This document shows, one piece after another, positions 48,851-53,968 of a DNA stretch of 53,968 nucleotides. The notes beneath the pieces are model-generated. The model did no database searches and was not told the origin of the DNA. It saw only the letters and a program-made list of their open reading frames with translations. The first letter of the stretch is position 1, and the number at the start of each line of letters is the position of its first letter. Source of the stretch: Octopus bimaculoides (taxonomy: Eukaryota); the NCBI RefSeq assembly GCF_001194135.2, contig NC_068989.1, positions 84,781,264 to 84,835,231 of the forward strand, in the 5' to 3' direction. A program made the position numbers and the translations under genes.

Positions 48851-49030
48851 GTGCAGGTGCCATGTAAAAGCACCTAGTACATTCTGTAAAGTAATTGGCA
48901 TTAGAAAGGGCATCCAGCCATAGAAACCTTGTCAAGACAGACAATTGGTTCTGCTCTCTAGTTTGTCAGCTCCTGTCAAACCATCCAACCCGTGTCAGCA
49001 TGGAAAACAGACATCAAATGATGGTGATGG
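48850..49030 (+). mobile_element. RTE-tail SINE; other tails at 6105-6187(-), 12645-12810(-), 13449-13527(-), 18801-18860(-), 24600-24700(+), 36308-36455(-)
   Basis: gtgccatgtaaaagcacc...catccaacccgtgtcagcatggaaaacagacatcaaatgatggtgatg. Confidence 0.72.
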
Positions 49031-49191
49031 TGGCGGCGGGGCACAGACATACCACAAAATATATATACATACATACACCTTTTTTTTTTACGCACACTTG
49101 GTATTTACCTTTAATGAATTTTGCTACTTATTACATCAGTCGATTACCATCCATGTATATCTCTCATCTCTCACCCCTTTTTTTCCTCCAG

Positions 49192-49338
49192 GAATTTTTT
49201 AGAGGATCTGGAGTAAACGTTCCTGAGGTCGAGAGTGTGCTCTACCTCAAGACTGACGGCAAAAAAGCTTGGAAAAAATACTTCTTTGTACTGCGAGCAT
49301 CTGGTTTCTACTATAATCCTAAAGGGAAGTTTAGCAAG
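49192..49338 (+). CDS. RAPH1: MRL adaptor exon: PH domain strands b1-b3
   Basis: ctccag acceptor and gtgagt donor; 147 nt; EFFRGSGVNVPEVESVLYLKTDGKKAWKKYFFVLRASGFYYNPKGKFSK carries the MRL/Grb7-type PH signature. Confidence 0.96.
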
Positions 49339-49811
49339 GTGAGTTTCTGGCTTTTTTTTTTTTTGTTTTATCTCAACACTGCTTCCCACAACCTTATTTT
49401 TGTTGTTGTTGTTGTTACTGGAAGCCATTAGTTATAAACAACTGGTCTAACACAATAATCAACCTGTGACTACTCTACAGTCTTAACCATTATGCAAAAT
49501 AAGCATAAATGGTAAATGGTTTACGGCACAAAAGAAATCACTTTAAACTTTTTAAAATGATATTCAAGGTGGTTTATATGATTGGAAATACAATTTTGAA
49601 GTGTTCATGATGTCATTGTGAGAATCTGATCAAAGACTTTGAAATTGAAAAAAAGTAGGAGAAAACTTTTCAAATACAAATAAAATGGGAGTATACATAA
49701 ATAGACATTATTTTTCCATCTTACTGTTACTTTTGTTTCATTTTGAAAAATTAAAATTTATGTCAGGAGCAATAAACACTGAAAATGTGCAGAAAACAAT
49801 TTTGGCCACAT

Positions 49812-50031
49812 TCCAGGGAGAAAAACTAGACTTAGTTGATAGCTTCCGCGATCTAGGTGACCAAGTTAGTAGTGGGGGAGGGTGCGCTGAAAGTGTAGCT
49901 GCTAGAATAAGAATAGCCTGGGCAAAGTTCAGAGAGCTCTTACCTCTGCTGGTGACAAAGGGCCTCTCACTCAGAGTAAAAGGCAGACTGTATGACGCAT
50001 GTATACGAACAGCCATGCTACATGGCAGTGA
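49812..50031 (+). pseudogene. Young RTE LINE RT fragment, both ends truncated
   Basis: Open frame QGEKLDLVDSFRDLGDQVSSGGGCAESVAARIRIAWAKFRELLPLLVTKGLSLRVKGRLYDACIRTAMLHGS. Confidence 0.88.
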
Positions 50032-50197
50032 CAACCGATGTTGGTGTGTTTACGTCCCCGTAACTTGCAGTTCGGCAAAAGAGACTGATAGGATAAGTTC
50101 TAGACTTACAAAGAATAGACCCTAGGGTCGATTTGTTTGACTAAAGGCGGTGCTCCAGCATGGCCGCAGTCAAATGATTGAAGCAAATAAAAGAATA
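50029..50197 (+). mobile_element. SINE family A 3' half fused to an RTE fragment
   Basis: tgacaaccgatgttggtgtgtttacgtccccgtaac...gcggtgctccagcatggccgcagtc matches about 23387-23550. Confidence 0.8.
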
Positions 50198-50400
50198 ATT
50201 AACACAGCATAGCTACACACATGAATATACACCTGTACACAAGCTTACATTGATATATGTTTATATATACCTACACACACATATATATCTACGCGCACAC
50301 ACACACACACACATAGATTATAAATTACAGAGTATGTTCTGAGTGAGTCCAGTTTCAAGCATTGTCCAGTCTCCTCATGGTATGTTTTCTCTGCCCACAG

Positions 50401-50511
50401 GCTTCAAAAGACTTGACTTGTTTGGTCCAGTTTGACTGCGTCGACATTTACCACGGTGTTGGATGGAAGAAAAAATACCATGCTCCCACTGACTACTGCT
50501 TTGCACTGAAG
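50401..50511 (+). CDS. RAPH1: MRL adaptor exon: PH domain, middle
   Basis: ccacag acceptor and gtaagt donor; 111 nt; ASKDLTCLVQFDCVDIYHGVGWKKKYHAPTDYCFALK (KYxAPTDYC motif of MRL proteins). Confidence 0.96.
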
Positions 50512-50555
50512 GTAAGTACGGCCTTGGGGGGTGTTCCTGTCACTGCTCTGTTTAC

Positions 50556-50700
50556 AATCATCATCATCATCATCATCACCATCATCATCACCATCATCAC
50601 CATATCCTCACTACCATCATCACCACCACCATCACTATCAATAACATCACTGCTGACACTATTATCTCCATCATTATCATCATCATCATCACCACCATCT
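50556..50700. repeat. (ATC/ACC)n microsatellite filling most of the 261-bp intron
   Basis: Direct inspection. Confidence 0.92.
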
Positions 50701-50772
50701 TAACCACTATCTCTGCTCTTTGACTCTTCATTACACAATCCTGTGACAATCGTTTTCTGATTTATATTTCAG

Positions 50773-50874
50773 CATCCTCAGATCCAAAAGAAGACATCCA
50801 AATACATCCGCTACCTTTGTGCAGAAAATAAAGCCACGTTAGATCTATGGATTATGGGGATACGTATTGCCAAG
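50773..50874 (+). CDS. RAPH1: MRL adaptor exon: PH domain C-terminal helix
   Basis: tttcag acceptor and gtaagg donor; 102 nt; HPQIQKKTSKYIRYLCAENKATLDLWIMGIRIAK includes the invariant PH Trp. Confidence 0.96.
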
Positions 50875-51188
50875 GTAAGGTATCTCTCTCTCCTCCTTCT
50901 CCTCACTTTTTTTACTCCCATCTGTCTAAATATGTTAATATGAATTGTCCGTGTGTCTGCATTTTATTTAGAAGCTACAAATCACAACATTGAAAAAAAT
51001 ATAAGCAATTCTTCAAATTCTCTCCCCTTTGTCCATTTTTTTCCCTCACTTTTATAATCAATTGATCTCATTTATCATAATATATACATCATGGCCACTG
51101 CTCCTCTGAGCTAGCTGACCTCATATCTCCACAACTAGGCACTCATGGCCTCACACTTAATGCTAATCCCAATCCTTTCTCTCTAGAA

Positions 51189-51400
51189 CAGTGATTCATA
51201 ACTGGGGCCCATATTATCCTTGGGGATTCATACAAGATTTTGTTAAAATTAATGTGCAATTAACATAAAATATTTAAACTTTTTTTTTATACAATTCCTA
51301 CTGATATTAAATTATAAAAACATCAAATGGTTATTGGGGTACAGTAGAGTAAAATAAGAATCAACTAAGTCCATAGGTAAAATCTGTTTGAGAGTTACTA
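51189..51400. mobile_element. hAT (Charlie-like) MITE
   Basis: 8-bp TSD ctctagaa (51181-51188) / ttctagaa (51401-51408) fits the NTCTAGAN target preference; starts CAGTGATTCATAAC; partial sister copy at about 16072-16137. Confidence 0.72.
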
Positions 51401-52438
51401 TTCTAGAACATTAACCCTTTGGTGTCTCTTCCCTGCTCATACCTCTTCCCTGCAGGCATTCATCTGAAACAGTTAAATCATTAACTGTATCAAACACACC
51501 AATCTTGGAGGGTTTGCAAAAACCAAGGGATTTGTTGCTTTCTCCAAACCCAGCAAGCAGTAATTAATAAATAAACGAATGGAAAACTAGTTTTTTTTCT
51601 GTTAAATACAAAAGGCTTTATTTTGCCATCAGACTCACTTTTGGGATGACTGACCCTCAATAAATCTTAAAGGCAATCATTGAAAATTGTTGGAGTGAAT
51701 CTGGTGGATTTTGTCTTCACATGGTTTAGCTTCATGTTAGTATTTCAATAATTGAAAACCTTAATGGTCTCTCCATCACAGCACCACAGACAAAAACTAA
51801 AAATATTATTTATATCCTGAGGTTTGGGAATGAACAAATGACCAAAAAAAAATTTTGTTATAAATCTATATTTAGTCTAAAAATGCAGAAATCATCTTTT
51901 ATTAGTCAAAAACTTTAGAATATATACCAAAATCAGCACATTGTTAATAGTGTGTACATCTTATAATGACTATTTGCTACCCTCATGCATATGTGAGTAT
52001 TAAGGATATTCTTTGACTCTTCCTCTCTGATGACAGTACAGTTGGCTTATATGAAAATCTTTGCTCAAATACCTCTGCACTCCTATTCTAGAAACAGTTG
52101 TAAGAAACTTTATACATTATTTCGTAATCTTTTATTTACTCTAACAACTTATATTTCAATTATGAAGTACACACTCTAAAGTGTTCTTGCTTGTTCATTC
52201 TTTCTTTCTAATACAAACATGCACACACACATGTACATACATGGCAGCTAGTTATTAAATGGGAGATAATTATTTCTAGATAGATCTTGGCAAGATTAGC
52301 AGTTTGAATTTTAAACAGAAGTGCAAGGAAGAAGATGCATAGAAAATGGATGTGTGTATATACTTGTACATTTAATGCAGTATTTATTTTCTCTACATTC
52401 ATCTAATAATTATCTTTTCTTTCTCCCTCTTTTTACAG

Positions 52439-53968
52439 TATGGCAAACAACTTCTTTGTAATTACGAACGATTATTGAAAGATATTTCTTCCTGGGATTC
52501 TCGCAATAATACTATTTCAAACCACAGCGCTGGTCACTACGAAAAACTTGAACTGAAAACTGCAAATCTTGAAGACAGCAGAATGTCTGTGCCACCTGAA
52601 ACTAATTCACGCCCTTTCCCTGTTATGTTGAAAAATGGCACCCTATCTCGTAACCGAACAATAAGTAGCAGCGTAGACTGTGATAATATGGAGGATGGCA
52701 CCCCCGAAATTAGCTTGACTCAGCCCCGCAAGTCCTCTATATCAGGCCCAATTATGATGGAGTCACCCCAAAAGGCACCCGTGAAACGAGTGTCTTTTAG
52801 TAATACGCACTGCATCATCAACGCCGATGCTGGCGAGGAACTTGTGCCGATGCGGCACCGTGATTCAATAACGAGTGCCTCCACTGATTCTAGTGAAGAA
52901 TCGAACTCAAGTGGGGAGAGTAAAGTGTCTGGAGGCACTTCGTTAAGGGGTAAAATGAAACCCAAACTACCAGTAACCACGGAGACGACTCGACAGATTT
53001 CTGAGATGGTTCAGATGGCCATGGAAGATCGTGCACAGGTGTTGTACGAGAGTATAATGGAAGAGAAGAAGACTTCACCTTACGGCTACCATGAGAAACC
53101 AATGGAAAGGCGTAAATCAGCGCCTGCAATTCACGAGGAGAAACGAGAAGTTCATAGGCATGAACGTAAACCCTCCGAGGGCAGTTGTAACAAGACTGAC
53201 ATGTCCCCTTATCAGAGGTTACCTCTTAACAATTCTAGTCTTCCTGCGTCACAACAGGAGCCGGAGCCAGATTATCAAACACGGCATCAAATACAACAGC
53301 AACTACTACAGCAACAACAGAAGCATCAACCTATATATATCAGTAACCAATCACCTTATGCTACAACAGGAAAAAGGTTAATGCAGGCCCCACCTTCTCC
53401 ACCAGTTCAGAAAGAGGAGATATACAGCAAGAAACTGAACGGACCACCTCATACTCCCCCACCAGTGGCCATCAAACCATCCACCCCAGCACCGGCACCC
53501 CCTAATGTCCCACCCCCAACTCCACCAACTCAACACAACAAGCTGGGTAACCAGATGATGAGTTCTGCTGGTCAGACCTCAACCCTCACTGGAAGAAAAA
53601 TGCTGACAAGAGCTGACTCTGAATCTGCTGCGGGAGCACCAGGCCGAGCTCCGCTTTCTATATCTGGTCCCGTAGTCCAGCCCCTACACACAACTACAGA
53701 ACCAGGCTCGTCGGGGCCAAACTTGAGAAGTTCTATATCCATTTCTAGCCCCATGCCACTGCCATCTTCACCAAATCCCACCCACGAATTAAACACAGGC
53801 AGTCTGGGACGGTCAGCCACTCTCAACCAGACCCATCTAAAGCAGACTTCATCATCAGAGATAATGGGTGGCACTCTGGGACGTATAAACACCTCTGTGG
53901 CTGTCCCAGGCTCAACGACAGTTCCTCACCCCTCTCTACAATCACCAATCACCACTTCTGGCTCAAGC
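52439..53968 (+). CDS. RAPH1: MRL adaptor large exon, open to the window end: end of PH helix plus Ser/Pro/Gln-rich disordered tail
   Basis: ttttacag acceptor; begins YGKQLLCNYERLLKD (MRL consensus YGKQL..NY). Read by hand as 510 codons with no stop to base 53968. Absent from the ORF track, presumably because no stop codon falls in the window. Confidence 0.93.

Noticed and set aside
52720-53892. Minus-strand and shifted-frame ORFs over the last exon (52720-52980, 52890-53129, 53091-53381, 53572-53892)
   Set aside because: Shadow ORFs of the real + strand exon.

Overview
AT-rich, microsatellite- and SINE-dense eukaryotic DNA with 8 assembly gaps (N runs at about 3966-4564, 7876-8086, 13696-13707, 16296-16964, 22209-22271, 33208-33236, 39790-40655, 43228-43282). 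The repeat landscape looks like an octopus/coleoid cephalopod genome (inference from my recognition of the repeats, not a search). One host gene is recoverable on the + strand: an MRL-family adaptor (lamellipodin RAPH1 / RIAM APBB1IP / MIG-10 / Pico type). Eight exons joined by GT-AG introns (30638-53968) splice into 775 stop-free codons covering the coiled-coil, RA domain, PH domain and a Ser/Pro-rich tail. The last exon stays open to the window end and is missing from the ORF track. No upstream exon is recognisable in the first 30.6 kb. The rest is decayed or non-autonomous mobile DNA: RTE and CR1-like LINE fragments, Tc1 and mariner relics, piggyBac-, hAT-, pogo- and Tc1-type MITEs, and several modular tRNA-derived SINE families. 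Most notable: (1) a SINE-like repeat carrying an intact Penelope-type minimal hammerhead ribozyme fold, with a second copy whose inverted arm ends at the predicted cleavage site; (2) a 354-bp inverted-repeat-bounded element holding a dense NRF1/ETS/YY1/CCAAT promoter-like cluster 9 kb upstream of the first visible exon; (3) a ~200-bp multi-hairpin repeat in two near-identical copies; (4) several foldback structures that could make long dsRNA. No prokaryote-type features or CRISPR arrays were seen. All alignments and folds were done by eye; repeat boundaries are approximate unless a TSD or TIR is quoted.
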